Below are positions 1 through 13,055 of a stretch of 64,000 nucleotides of DNA, one piece after another. A program made the translations under genes and the position numbers. Positions within the stretch are counted from its first letter, which is position 1; each line of letters opens with the position of its first letter. The notes under the pieces are model-generated. The model did not search any database. It was not told the origin of the DNA and saw only the letters and a list, made by a program, of their open reading frames with translations. The DNA is from Eledone cirrhosa (taxonomy: Eukaryota): NCBI GenBank assembly GCA_964016885.1, contig OZ024742.1, forward strand, positions 363,568,001-363,632,000, read 5' to 3'.

Positions 1-1
1 T

Positions 2-277
2 CATATAGATCTATGTAAAATGTTTACAAACTATCAGAGGGAATATACATACCTACACATATATATGCTGTCTTCAGAAATAATGAAGACATTATTTCTG
101 AAGACAGCATATATATGTGTAGGTATGTATATTCCCTCTGATAGTTTGTAAACATTTTACATAGATCTATATGATATACATACCAACACAAACATATATA
201 TCCTAGAAACGATCGTAAAATGATGAATTTTTTAATATAAGGAACTGTTTCTTTGTGTTTATTCATTACTTTTATTA

Positions 278-280
<3 letters not shown>
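2..280 (+). mobile_element. Penelope-like pLTR fragment, family A, with inverted 5' duplication (hairpin centred at 86-89)
   Basis: 2-85 is the reverse complement of 90-173. The segment is homologous to 20925-21128 and 17598-17811, contains an HHR and ends in (AT)n. Confidence 0.8.
90..225 (+). ncRNA. Type I hammerhead ribozyme with ~100-nt stem II (family A)
   Basis: Reads cattattt-CTGAAGA(98-104)-long stem II-GAAA(206-209)-cgatcg-TA-aaatgatg. Stem II includes ggtatgtatat/atatacatacc, stem I is 8 bp, stem III is the palindrome ACGATCGT, and the predicted GUA cleavage is after 217. Confidence 0.8.
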
Positions 281-359
<79 letters not shown>

Positions 360-362
<3 letters not shown>

Positions 363-639
363 GATAAATCTACCAAAAGTTTACGGTAGTGTCCAATCCG
401 TATGAAGAACTCAATGTAATCCGGATATCATGAAAAGAGAAGATGCATTCAAAAACTATTTTCGGCGAAAACTAAACGGAAAACAGAGTCAAGATAAATT
501 AATAAAATAATGAATAAACAAAGAAACAGTTCCTTATATTAAAAATTTTTTTTTTTAATATAAGGATCTGTTTCTTTGTTTATTCATTATTTTATTAATT
601 TATATATATATATATATATATATATTCATTATGTTATTA

Positions 640-682
<43 letters not shown>

Positions 683-693
683 TTATTTTATTA

Positions 694-700
<7 letters not shown>
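360..700 (-). mobile_element. Family A pLTR 3'-terminal fragment with short inverted piece and AT-interspersed re-duplications
   Basis: 360-545 is a diverged reverse complement of 21075-21263. 553-600 is inverted relative to it, and attcattatKttattaattt recurs between (AT)n runs. Confidence 0.75.
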
Positions 701-727
<27 letters not shown>

Positions 728-1020
728 GCATACTATATATAGATGCACACCAAGGCACATACACATACACACATATATATATGAACACAACACACTCATT
801 CTCAGATGTACAAATGCCTATGGATTAAGAGAGGGTCTCGACGCCGAGACTTCTCAACTCCCAAGTATCGTTAGTTTGATAATTCTCGACCTTTGAACAA
901 TTGTCAGTCCACGTGCTTCCATCTCTTCCTGTCTGCCCGAATAACCGCTCAAATATTACATCTAGCTGTGTTTATTCTATAGTTAAAGAGAAGAAACATT
1001 GTGCTCTCCTCAATATTTTA

Positions 1021-1084
1021 CGCTGAGTATTCGAACCCAAGTCCTCAGGATTTGTAAGGAAACCTATTAACCATTCAGCTAAGG
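1021..1084 (-). mobile_element. tRNA-derived SINE head
   Basis: Minus strand has an A-box-like TAGCTGAATGG and a B-box-like GGTTCGAATAC at tRNA-like spacing, without a clean cloverleaf. Confidence 0.5.
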
Positions 1085-1130
1085 AACTGATTACGTCCAT
1101 ACAAACACATTATTTCTGCAAAGAGATATA

Positions 1131-1317
1131 ATTGTTTCTACTTTTGGCGCAAGGGCAGCAATTAAACCAGTGTATTACTGGTACTTTATTTTATCGACCC
1201 CGTAAGGATGAAAGGCAAAGTTAACCTCAGCGGGATTTGAACTCAGTCCGTAAAGGGACGTAACTGTGCCGCAAAGCATGGCGTACGACCCTCTACCGAT
1301 ACTGCCAATCCACCGCC
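1131..1317 (-). mobile_element. tRNA-derived SINE, near full length (cephalopod type, Meta-like central domain)
   Basis: Minus strand has A box TGGCAGTATCGG, B box GAGTTCAAATCC, central GCCTTTCATCCTTACGGGGTCGATAAAATAAAGTACCAG and tail ...AGTAGAAACAAT. Several related copies occur in the window. Confidence 0.8.
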
Positions 1318-1435
1318 CTAGCCAAATACATGTATACACATAATGTATATGTATACATGAAACTCACTTGATACATTCTTACATATATACAGATATGTAT
1401 TTACACAGCAAATGATGATACACACAAACACACCA

Positions 1436-1517
<82 letters not shown>

Positions 1518-1653
1518 ACACACACACGCATACACACACACACACACACACGCACACACACACACAGACACACACACACACATGCCACTATAATCATACA
1601 TACAGATAGTATTTAGCTCGTATGTTTCAACTATGGCTACACAGTGTCATATG

Positions 1654-1789
1654 TAGAGACACAAACACACGCTTACACATGCCTAACCACAGAGACACAA
1701 ACACACGCTTACACATGCCTAACCACAGAGACACAAACACACGCTTACACATGCCTAACCACAGAGACACAAACACACGCTTACACATG
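1654..1789. repeat. 36-bp tandem repeat, ~4 copies
   Basis: Unit agagacacaaacacacgcttacacatgcctaaccac. Confidence 0.9.
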
Positions 1790-1858
1790 CATAAATGTAT
1801 ACAAAATGAAACAAATATATACACACACAGAAACGCCCAAATATATATATATATATAT

Positions 1859-1935
1859 ATTACCCATCTACTACCCTAAGTATTGAGTACTCTGGTGCGT
1901 TATGGTCCACCTGGTTCCTTACCACATTTCCTTCG

Positions 1936-1937
<2 letters not shown>
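1859..1937 (+). mobile_element. Family C PLE-like 3'-terminal fragment in (AT)n
   Basis: Matches 15191-15270, 23197-23276 and 30982-31061; all end in ttccttcgtt followed by (AT)n. Confidence 0.8.
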
Positions 1938-1968
<31 letters not shown>

Positions 1969-1971
<3 letters not shown>

Positions 1972-2187
1972 TTCTGGCAGGAGTGTGTAGATGTCCAACA
2001 CTCTTAGTAACAGCATGTGTGTGCGTGTGGGAACTTGTGTATACATATCACCATATACACTTGTATATATGTAATGATAAATGTGCGTGTATATATATAT
2101 ATATACTTAGATATACACAAAAAATATACACGCACACACATGCTGTTACTAAGAGTGTTGGACATCTACACACTCCTGGCAGAAATG
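1969..2187. repeat. ~60-bp inverted repeat with ~100-bp spacer
   Basis: 1969-2028 is a near-perfect reverse complement of 2128-2187. Confidence 0.85.
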
Positions 2188-2259
2188 TTAGATACACACG
2201 CGCATATATATATATACACATGCATACATAGATGAAAGCATACGCAATTGCCCACACAC

Positions 2260-2311
<52 letters not shown>

Positions 2312-2358
2312 AAATGGGAGAATGCCTACACGCAAACACACAGACACACATACAAAAT

Positions 2359-2411
<53 letters not shown>

Positions 2412-2780
2412 CGTATGTTTAGACATGCACATACATAAACACACGTGTATAAACACGTATTGTGGTTATGTAAGTGTATATTGCATATCAACACACACAA
2501 ATATATATAAACACACACACACACACACACACACAAATATATATATAAACACACACAGACACACAGACACACAAATATACATATATATATATATATATAA
2601 ACAAACACACACACACAGACACGCACAACGACTCATTCACTCATATGTACGCACACACAAATGTATAAACAGACACAAAATGCATTAACACCCACATACA
2701 GACACACAGATGGACAGCAATACACACACACTCACAAACACACAGACACATGTATATACACAAACAAACAGCTACAAATG

Positions 2781-3083
2781 CATACACACACACACACACG
2801 TGTATATGCACGAACATACATCTTCAAACACATACACACACACACACGCATGTATATGCACAAACATACATCTTCAAACACATACACACACACACACGCA
2901 TGTATATGCACAAACATACATCTTCAAACACATACACACACACACACGCATGTATATGCACAAACATACATCTACAAACACATACACACACACACACACA
3001 CGCATGTATATGCACGAACATACATCTACAAACACATACATACACACACATACGCATGTATATGCACAAACATACATCTACAA

Positions 3084-3085
<2 letters not shown>
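2781..3085. repeat. ~50-bp AC-rich tandem repeat, ~6 copies
   Basis: Unit catacacacacacacacgcatgtatatgcacaaacatacatcttcaaaca. Confidence 0.85.
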
Positions 3086-3129
<44 letters not shown>

Positions 3130-3539
3130 GCTTCTCCTTAATCGTATTACAATATTTTCAACGGAAAAAGTTCTTGTACAACCCCAGGTCAATCCTGATG
3201 TAAATATACGATCAAATGCATTCCGCTTCCATTCATGACCATCCTGTCTTTCCTTGCAAATATGCATGTCAGATTCATGTTATGAAGCATTTACATTTTA
3301 AATACAGCAGTGTATTATTTTTACGGTAGATTTAGCTGCTATTTCTAGGTGATCACAACTAAGAAGAGGATCGTTGTATATCTTATATATTTTAGTTATG
3401 AGGTGTTGACAGGTGAACAGTTGATTATTGGGGGCACACAGGGACACACAGACAGAAATTAGGGATCCCTCCCACATATGTGTGATGTAAAGGGGGCTCG
3501 ATGCAAATATATTGAGTTATATCTTGGAATTTAACTTCT

Positions 3540-4500
3540 GTTCATTTTATCGAACACACAAGGGAAGTCGAAGGCAAATACCGCAAGGCATTTTTCTTCC
3601 GACGGTTTAAAGATTCTGTCAGTCTACCAACAATAATAATTTCTAATACACACACACATACACAGACGCACACACACACACACATATATATATATAGTAT
3701 ACATATATATATAAGACCTAGAATTTAGGGTGAGTTATTAGTCGAGTATATCCGCCTCAGTGTATAACTGGTGGTCTTATAACGGCACATACAAGACACT
3801 CTTGTAGGTGGATGTGTAGAAACAATAAAAAACATCAGTAAATTTAAACTGGTCATTTATTTATTGACCCCAGAATGTTGAAAGACAAACATTGACCTTG
3901 GAAAGATTCGAACTCGGTAAAAATAAAAATAGATTTGAAAAATAAGTGTTAAGTTAATATTATTGGGACGTTGTTACTAGGTCGATAAAATAAAGTAGCA
4001 GTAATGTTCTGGGCTTGATTTGATCGACTTCCCCAAAAATTGTTGGCCTTGTTCCTGAATCAGAAACCAATATTATTCGGACACTTTTCCGATTAAGCTA
4101 ATTACACTACAAGAAGTAACCACCACCAACAACAACAACAACAAATGTATTATTCATTTCTATATTTGGCACAAAGCCAGCAAATTAGGGGGAGATAAAG
4201 TGGAATGTATCAGCCGGAGTATATAACTGGTATATGTTATTCTCGATATAGGAAGAATTAAATGTAAAGTTAAACTCGGCGGGATTTGAAATCATATCAT
4301 AGAAAGTTGTGACATTCCAACGTTCTACCGATTCTGCAAATTAGGGTTTAATAAAGAGAGGGAGACACAGCCCAGAGTGGGATTACAATAATTATTAGAG
4401 CACAAATAATAATAATAATTGTTTTTACTTTTGGTACAAGGCCAGTCACCCAACAGTGTATTACTGGTACTTTATTTTATCGACCCCGTAAGGATGAAAT
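3540..4500. mobile_element. Cluster of degenerate SINE fragments (same family as 1131-1317), both orientations
   Basis: Matches at ~3850-3920 (-), 3980-4070 (+; ggtcgataaaataaagtagcag...tggccttg), 4157-4340 (-) and 4418-4499 (-; ctggtactttattttatcgaccccgtaaggatgaaa). Confidence 0.65.
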
Positions 4501-5606
4501 AATAATAATAATAAGTTACAACAATATTCAACAAAATACGGTGTAATGAAGAAAATAATATTAATAATTGTAAGAAGAAGAAGAAAAAGAAGAAGAAGAG
4601 AGGGGTAGCCGTAGGAGTAGTATTAAAAAGGTTGACTTACCATCACATACCACAGTAGGGGTGGTCACGAGTAGATTACAAATCGCATAGAAATAGAGAT
4701 AATATACCATGATGTGATCAAAAAATATTATTGTTGTTCGGTTTAGTGGTTGTTTTTGTTGTTAATTTAAATATTTAAACATACATGTATATGCCTGTGC
4801 TTATATTATGTATATATACATACATATATATACATATATACAAACATATATATATATATGTATATATGTATGTATATATGGATGGATGGTTGTTTGGATG
4901 AATGGAATATTTGTATGTATGTATATATGTGTATGTGTATGTATGTGTGTATATATGAGGGTGTATATATCTCTATGTATGTATGTGCCACATAAGTGAT
5001 GGTCGAAGACTACGACTTTCGCCCACTTGGAACCCTCATCTATCAACCCCCTCCTCACACGTTAAGGGTGGAAGGAAAATAAATGAGGGGTGATAGTCCT
5101 TCTTTTTTTTCCTCTCTCTCTCGTGTTTAAAGAAGCGAAAAAGCCAAAATGTGGTGTATATATTTATATTTAAGGAGAGAAGCTGAAAGGAAGAGAGAGA
5201 GAGAGAGAGAGAGAGAGTGGGAGAAGGTTGAGGGGGAGATATTGTGTGTGTGAGTGTATGGTATATATATGTATATATGTATAAACAGAGAGTGAGAGAG
5301 AGAATGTGGAAGAGAGAAAAAGAGAGAGAAGCAGAGAGAGATAGAGAGAGAAGGGATATTTATGTGTGTGGGTGTGTTTGTATATCGGCGTATGGGTGTA
5401 TGCAGGTGTGTGTATGAGTGTGTATGTGTATATATGTGTTTTTGTATGAATCTGTGTTGCGCGTGAATTTGTGTGTATGCCTGTGTATATAATTATATAT
5501 ATGTATGTGTATACATATATATATGTGCGTGAGTGTATATGTGTGTGAATATGAGTAAAAGAATTAGAAAGAGGGTGACAGATAGAAGGAGAGGCACTGA
5601 GTGAGT

Positions 5607-5609
<3 letters not shown>

Positions 5610-5672
<63 letters not shown>

Positions 5673-5709
5673 GAAAATGAGTGAGAGAGAGGGAGAGAGA
5701 GAACGAGAG

Positions 5710-5790
<81 letters not shown>
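5610..5790. repeat. (GA)n/(GATA)n microsatellite
   Basis: Visible directly in the sequence. Confidence 0.95.
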
Positions 5791-5793
<3 letters not shown>

Positions 5794-5980
5794 AAATAGA
5801 AAGATTAGCTGTGATAGATTCTTTGCCGGGATCGAAACCTGCACAATTTTAGTTAAAACATTATGAAGGCATGTTGTGTGTTTGTGTGAGTCTGTATATC
5901 TGTGTGTGTGTGTGTGAGAGTGTGCGTGTCTGTGTGTCCCTGAGTGTGTGTGTCTGTGTGTGTGTATGTGAGCGTGTGCC

Positions 5981-6025
<45 letters not shown>

Positions 6026-6159
6026 CTGTGTGTTTATATGTGTGATGAGGGGGGAGGGAGCTGTTAAGGTTGAGGAGTTGAAGTCGAAAGAAGGAAGAAA
6101 ATAGAAAAATCTAAGAAAAATCTACAAATCTTCGTTATTTTAGTTGTTTGTGTTGTTTA

Positions 6160-6965
6160 GTTTGTTGTTGGTGTTGGTAGTGGTGGTGTTGGTGCTGGTG
6201 GTGGTGGTGTTGTTGGTGTTGGTGTTGGTGGTGGTGGTGTTGTTGGTGTTGGTGGTGGTGGTGTTGTTGGTGATGGTGGTGGTGGTGTTGTTGGTGTTGG
6301 TGTTGTTGTTGTTGTTGGTGTTGGTGGTGTTGTTGGTGTTGGTGGTGGTGGTGTTGTTGTAATGTTGTATGTGGTGTTGTTGTTGGTGTTGTTGGTGTTG
6401 GTGGTGGTGGTGTTGTGGTAATGTTGTATGTGGTGTTGTTGGTGGTGGTGGTGGTGTTGTTGGTGTTGGTGTTGTTGGTGTTGGTGTTGTTGTTGCTGGT
6501 ATTGTTGGTGTTGTTGGTGTTGGTGTTGTTGTTGTTGGTGTTGGTGTTGTTGTTGGTGTTGGTGTTGTTGTTGTTGTTGTGGTAATGTTGTTGGTGTTGG
6601 TGTTGGTGGTGTTGTTGGTGTTGGTGTTGGTGGTGGTAGTGTTGTTGTAATGTTGTATGTGGAGTTGTTGTTGGTGTTGGTGTTGGTGGTGGTGTTGTTG
6701 TTGTTGGTGTTGGTGGTGTTGTTGGTGTTGGTGGTGGTGGTGTTGTTGTGGGTGTTGGTGGTGTTGTTGGTGTTGGTGGTGGTGGTGTTGTTGGTGTTGG
6801 TGTTGTTGTTGGTGTTGGTGTTGTTGTTGGTGTTGTTGTAATGTTGTATGTGGTGTTGTTCTTGGTATTGCTGTTGGTGTTGTTATTGGTGTTGGTGGTG
6901 TTGATAGTTGTTGCAGTTGTAGTTGTAGTTGTTGTTGTTGTTGTTGTAGTAACATTTGTTGTAGT
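6160..6965. repeat. Compound (GTT/GGT)n trinucleotide array
   Basis: GGT/GTT mixture with recurring gtaatgttgtatgtgg spacers. Confidence 0.95.
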
Positions 6966-7424
6966 TGTCAAAGTTTATTTTACTTCCAATATTTTTTCTC
7001 TCCAAACTTTTCTCCTTCAGAAATACGGTAATTAATAAAATCCTTCTTCCGGTTATCTTTCTTTACTCCCTCTTAAACTCTTTCTTCTTTCTATCACTCA
7101 TTTAAATGTCTCCTTTCTCCTTCCCTTAATTCATTTCCCCCTCCTTTTTCTTCTTCCCTTCTTTCTATGTTTCTTCGTCCTTCCCTTCATTCATTCTTTC
7201 ACTTTTTCTTTTATTTTTCTTCTTCCTACCTTTCTTTATCCTTCCACCCATTAATTCATTCTTCTCCTCCTTTCTCCTCTCTCTCTATCATTTTTTCTGG
7301 TATTTCCTTCTTATTCATCCATTCATTCTCTCCCACTCTCTTTCTATCTTTCTATTTCTTAAAATACTTTTAAATATATATCCATGTTCTGTTAAGAAAT
7401 AGTCCTTACTGAGTGGTTGTTTCG

Positions 7425-9592
7425 TTGTTATCGGTGTGGGGGTCACGGCTGGCCTGTCTGACTGTGTGAGCAGGACAACAGTTGTTATCGGTGTGGGGGG
7501 TCACGGCTGGCCTGTCTGACTGTGTGAGAGCAGGACAACAGTTGTTATCGGTGTGGGGTGTCACGGCTGGCCTGTTTGACTGTGTGAGAGCAGGACAACA
7601 GTTGTTATCGGTGTGGGGTGTCACGGCTGGCCTGTCTGACTGTGTGAGAGCAGGACAACAGTTGTTATCGGTGTGGGGTGTCACGGCTGGCCTGTCTGAC
7701 TGTGTGGGAGCAGGACAACAGTTGTTATCGGTGTGGGGTGTCACGGCTGGCCTGTCTGACAGTGTGTGAGCAAGACAAAAGTTGTTATCGGTGTGGGGTG
7801 TCACGGCTGGCCTGTCTGACTGTGTGTGAGCAAGACAACAGTTGTTATCGGTGTGGGGTGTCACGGCTGGCCTGTCTGACTGTGTAAGAGCAGGACAACA
7901 GTTGTTATCGGTGTGGGGTGTCACGGCTGGCCTGTCTGACTGTGTGGGAGCAAGACACGAGTTGTTATCGGTGTGGGGTGTCACGGCTGGCCTGTCTGAC
8001 TGTGTGAGAGCAGGACAACAGTTGTTATCGGTGTGGGGTGTCACGGCTGGCCTGTCTGACAGTGTGTGAGCAAGACAAAAGTTGTTATCGGTGTGGGGTG
8101 TCACGGCTGGCCTGTCTGACTGTGTGTGAGCAAGACAACAGTTGTTATCGGTGTGGGGTGTCACGGCTGGCCTGTCTGACTGTGTAAGAGCAGGACAACA
8201 GTTGTTATCGGTGTGGGGTGTCACGGCTGGCCTGTCTGACTGTGTGGGAGCAAGACACGAGTTGTTATCGGTGTGGGGTGTCACGGCTGGCCTGTCTGAC
8301 TGTGTGAGAGCAGGACAACAGTTGTTATCGGTGTGGGGTGTCACGGCTGGCCTGTCTGACTGTGTGGGAGCAAGACAACAGTTGTTATCGGTGTGGGGTG
8401 TCACGGCTGGCCTGTCTGACTGTGTGTGAGCAAGACAACAGTTGTTATCAGTGTGGGGTGTCACGGCTGGCCTGTCTGACTGTGTGAGAGCAAGACAACA
8501 GTTGTTATCGGTGTGAGGTGTCACGGCTGGCCTCTCTGACTGTGTGAGAGCAGGACAACAGTTGTTATCGGTGTGGGGTGTCACGGCTGGCCTGTCTGAC
8601 TGTGTGAGAGCAAGACAACAGTTGTTATCGCTGTGGGGTGTCACGGCTGGCCTGTCTGACTGTGTGAGAGCAGGACAACAGTTGTTATCACTGTGGGGTG
8701 TCACGGCTGGCCTGTCTGACTGTGTGAGAGCAGGACAACAGTTGTTATCGGTGTGGGGTGTCACGGCTGGCCTGTCTGACTGTGTGTGAGCAAGACAACA
8801 GTTGTTATCGGTGTGGGGTGTCACGGCTGGCCTGTCTGACTGTGTGAGAGCAAGACAACAGTTGTTATCGGTGTGAGGTGTCACGGCTGGCCTGTCTGAC
8901 TGTGTGAGAGCAGGATAACAGTTGTTATCGGTGTGGGGTGTCACGGCTGGCCTGTCTGACTGTGTGAGAGCAAGACAACAGTTATTATCGCTGTGGGGTG
9001 TCACGGCTGGCCTGTCTGACTGTGTGAGAGCAGGACAACAGTTATCACTGTGGGGTGTCACGGCTGGCCTGTCTGACTGTGTGGGAGCAGGACAACAGTT
9101 GTTATCGGTGTGGGGGGGTCACGGCTGGCCTGTCTGACTGTGTGGGAGCAGGACAACAGTTGTTATCGGTGTGGGTGGTCACGGCTGGCCTGTTTGACTG
9201 TGTGAGAGCAGGACAACAGTTGTTATCGGTGTGGGGTGTCACGGCTGGCCTGTCTGACTGTGTGAGAGCAGGACAACAGTTGTTATCGGTGTGGGGTGTC
9301 ACGGCTAGCCTGTCTGACTGTGTGAGAGCAGGACAACAGTTGTTATCGGTGTGGGGTGTCACGGCTGGCCTGTCTGACTGTGTGAGAGCAGGACAACAGT
9401 TGTTATCGGTGTGGGGTGTCACGGCTGGCCTGTCTGACTGTGTGAGAGCAGGACAACAGTTGTTATCACTGTGGGGTGTCACGGCTGGCCTGTCTGACTG
9501 TGTGAGAGCAGGACAACAGTTGTTATCGGTGTGGGGTGTCACGGCTGGCCTGTCTGACTGTGTGAGAGCAGGACAACAGTTGTTATCGGTGT
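7425..9592. repeat. 60-bp minisatellite, ~36 copies
   Basis: Unit gttgttatcggtgtggggtgtcacggctggcctgtctgactgtgtgagagcaggacaaca; it aligns with the 60-base lines. Confidence 0.97.
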
Positions 9593-9644
9593 TTGTTGTT
9601 GGTGATGTTGTGGCTTTGGAAGAGTTGATATTGATGTTAATGTA

Positions 9645-10700
9645 ATGTTGTTGTTATTGTGTTGTGGTGTTGTTATTGTTGTTATTGTTGTTATTGTTGT
9701 ATTGTGGTGTTGTTATTGTTGTGTTGTTGTGTTGTTATTCTTGTTATTGTTGTTATTGTTGTATTGTGGTGTTGTTATTGTTGTGTTGTGGTGTTGTTAT
9801 TGTTGTTATTGTTGTGTTGCGGTGTTGTTATTGTTGTTATTGTTGTGTTGCGGTGTTGTTATTGTTGTTATTGTGGTGTTGTGGTGGTGTTATTGTTGTT
9901 ATCGTTGTGTTGTTATTGTTGTATTGTGGTGTTGTTATTGTTGTTATTGTTGTGTTGTGGTGTTGTTATTGTTGTTATCGTTGTGTTGTGGTGTTGTTAT
10001 TGTTGTGTTGTGGTGTTGTTATTGTTTTATTGTTGTTATTGTTGTATTGTGGTGTTGTTATTGTTGTGTTGTGGTGTTGTTATTGTTTTATTGTTGTTAT
10101 TGTTGTATTGTGGTGTTGTTATTGTTGTGTTGTGGTGTTGTTATTGTTTTATTGTTGTTATTGTTGTATTGTGGTGTTGTTATTGTTGTGTTGTGGTGTT
10201 GTTATTGTTGTTATTGTTGTGTTGTGGTGTTGTTATTGTTGTGTTGTGGTGTTGTTATTGTTGTGTTGTGGTGTTGTTATTGTTGTTATTGTTGTGTTGT
10301 GGTGTTGTTATTGTTGTTATTGTTGTGTTGCGGTTTGTTATTGTTGTTATTGTGGTGTTGTGGTGGTGTTATTGTTGTTATCGTTGTGTTGTTATTGTTG
10401 TATTGTGGTGTTGTTATTGTTGTTATTGTTGTGTTGTGGTGTTGTTATTGTTGTTATCGTTGTGTTGTGGTGTTGTTATTGTTGTGTTGTGTTGGTGTTA
10501 TTGTTGTTATTGTTGTGTTGTGGTGTTGTTATTGTTGTGTTTTGATGTTATTATTGTTATTGTGTGATGTTGTTATTGTTGTGTTTTGATGTTATTATTG
10601 TTATTGTGTGATGTTGTTATTGTTGTGTTGTGGTGTTGTTACTCTTGTTATTGTTGTGTTGTGATGTTGTTATCGTTGTTTTGTGATGTTGTTATTGTTG
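9645..10700. repeat. Compound GTT/ATT/GTG low-complexity array
   Basis: Permutations of gttgttattgttgtgttgtggt. Confidence 0.92.
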
Positions 10701-11048
10701 TTTGTGACAGTGTTTATTGTTAGTGTAGTAGTGTTCGTTGTTATGGTTATTACTAATGTCGTGATTGGTTCCTTCGTGTTGTTCTGATTTTTGTTGTTGA
10801 TATTATTGTTATGTTGTTGTTATTGTTGTTGTTGTCATTGTTGCAGTAGTGGTTGTTGTGAGATAAAGTGTGGCTGTTGTTATCGTCCTCCGCGTGTTGT
10901 TCCTGCTGTTATTGTTGTTACTACTACTACTACTACTATTATTATTTTTTTAATTATTATTATTCCTAGGAAATCGTTTTTGTTCTTGTTTATTTTTACT
11001 AATTTTGGTTGTTGCTGTTGTTGCTGCTGCTGTTGTGGTTGTTGTTGT

Positions 11049-11130
<82 letters not shown>

Positions 11131-12105
11131 GCTGTTATGTAAACGCTGCTACTATTGTTACTGCTGCCGCACCTGTCGCTTTTCAGAGCAGCTGTTTCTT
11201 TTTGTTGCTGAGGGTGTTGGGTTGCAGCTGTTGTTGCTGCTGCTGTGGTTGCTGTCGGTGATAGTCTTACTGCTGTGGTTGCTGTCGGTGATAGTGTTAC
11301 TGCTGTAAGTTAGCCTTCTTGCTGCTGTTGTCCTAGTTGCTGCAATTGCCGTTGGTGCTGCTGCTATTATTGGAGATTACTGTTACTGCTGCTGTTGTTG
11401 TTGTTATTGTTGCTGATGTTGTTGTTGTTGTTATGTGCTCTTGCTGTTGTTGCTGCTGATGCTGATATCATTGTTGCTGTTGTTGCTGTTCTTTTTGTTT
11501 CTATTTCCAGCTTCGGCTAGAAGGAAGACCACGCAATGATCGCACTCTACTCCCTGGTACAGTCTCAGATATAACAGTAATAACAGACTTCTTACCTCAA
11601 TCCTTCCAATGATAATAAGGAAGGATTACAGAGAGAGGGCGAGGAAGTGAGAGTGAGACGGTGAAGTAGTCACAGAGATCGTTTAGCGTTAGCTTCAAAT
11701 CACATACACATATACACACATACACACACACATACACACATATACACATACTACACACATACACACATACACACATACTACACACATACACACATACACA
11801 CATACTACACACATACACACATACACACATACAAGCATACACACATACACATATACACACATACACACATACACACATACACACATACACACATATACGC
11901 ATACACACATACGCACATACACACATACTACACCCATACACACATGCACACATACACACATACAAACATACACACATACACACACACACATACACACATA
12001 TACACACACTCACACAGAGTCACACACACACACGCATCTAAACACAGACCGACAGAGAACCATACATACAGCGACACGAATAAACACACAAATACACACA
12101 AACAC

Positions 12106-12184
<79 letters not shown>

Positions 12185-12228
12185 GTAGGAGGTGAGTTTT
12201 ATTGATATATATATATATATATATATAA

Positions 12229-12263
<35 letters not shown>

Positions 12264-12392
12264 CAATAAAAGTAATCTGAGTTTCTCGAATATTAATAAT
12301 AACATTCGATTCGTTAGCAATTATGCAAAACAAGCCTCAATGTTATAGCCATGTCAGTAGAATGAACACTTCATTCTTGCTCTTGTGTTGGT
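12264..12392 (-). mobile_element. Family E PLE-like 3' fragment in (AT)n
   Basis: Homologous to 28819-28843 plus 28985-29090 and flanked by (AT)n. Confidence 0.6.
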
Positions 12393-12473
12393 ATATATAT
12401 ACATACATACATACATATATATATATAGATGTTTCCTGGACCTTTCCGACGGAATTACTTCATTTACACACAC

Positions 12474-12510
<37 letters not shown>

Positions 12511-12511
12511 C

Positions 12512-12714
12512 GTAGGTCCCGGGTTGAGTCGGGGATAACCACAGTAAGTAAGGTACTCAATACATGGCAGAGTAATTTTTTTTATTTTATAGAAGGAGCT
12601 TCTACAGGACTAGTACTGTTTCATTCAGATGAAATCTTCAGGAGCTTCCTGAAGATTTCATCTGAATGAAACAGTACTAGTCCTGTAGAAGCTCCTCGCT
12701 ATGAAATAAAAATA

Positions 12715-12718
<4 letters not shown>
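12512..12718 (-). mobile_element. Family B non-coding PLE-like insertion with inverted duplication (copy 1)
   Basis: 12595-12642 is inverted relative to 12648-12695. It is flanked by (AT)n, contains an HHR and is homologous to 12761-12958. Confidence 0.8.
12641..12695 (+). ncRNA. Type I hammerhead ribozyme (family B, copy 1; mirror copy on - strand ~12595-12646)
   Basis: Reads ggagcttc-CTGAAGA-t ttc atct gaa t-GAAA-cag tactagtc ctg-TA-gaagctcc. Stem I is 8 bp and the predicted GUA cleavage is after 12687. Confidence 0.85.
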
Positions 12719-12760
<42 letters not shown>

Positions 12761-12762
<2 letters not shown>

Positions 12763-12958
12763 TAAGTTATTCCGGGTTGAATCGGAGGTAACCACAGTAA
12801 GTAAGGTACTCAATACCTAGCAGAGTATAAAAGTTTTAATATAGATGAGATTCTACAGGACAAGAACTGTTTCATTCTTTAGAAATCATCAGGAATCGGA
12901 TGATTTCTAAAGAATGAAACAGTTCTAGTCCTGTAGAATCTCATCTATATTAAAACTT
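12761..12958 (-). mobile_element. Family B non-coding PLE-like insertion with inverted duplication (copy 2)
   Basis: 12831-12890 is inverted relative to 12899-12958 and flanked by (AT)n. Confidence 0.8.
12849..12897 (-). ncRNA. Type I hammerhead ribozyme (family B, copy 2)
   Basis: Minus strand reads gattc-CTGATGA-t ttc taaa gaa t-GAAA-cag ttcttgtc ctg-TA-gaatc. Confidence 0.85.
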
Positions 12959-13055
12959 ATATATATATACATATATATATATATATTATGAAGAGAGAAG
13001 AAACATTTAGATATAATTAGTAATAAAATGTATCATACCTAAACTGTTCCTAAAT

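Noticed and set aside
1021-1084. Functional tRNA gene
   Set aside because: A/B boxes are present but the acceptor and anticodon stems do not pair; better explained as a SINE head.
7425-9592. CRISPR-like periodic array
   Set aside because: The whole unit repeats with no unique spacers, there are no cas genes, and the context is eukaryotic.
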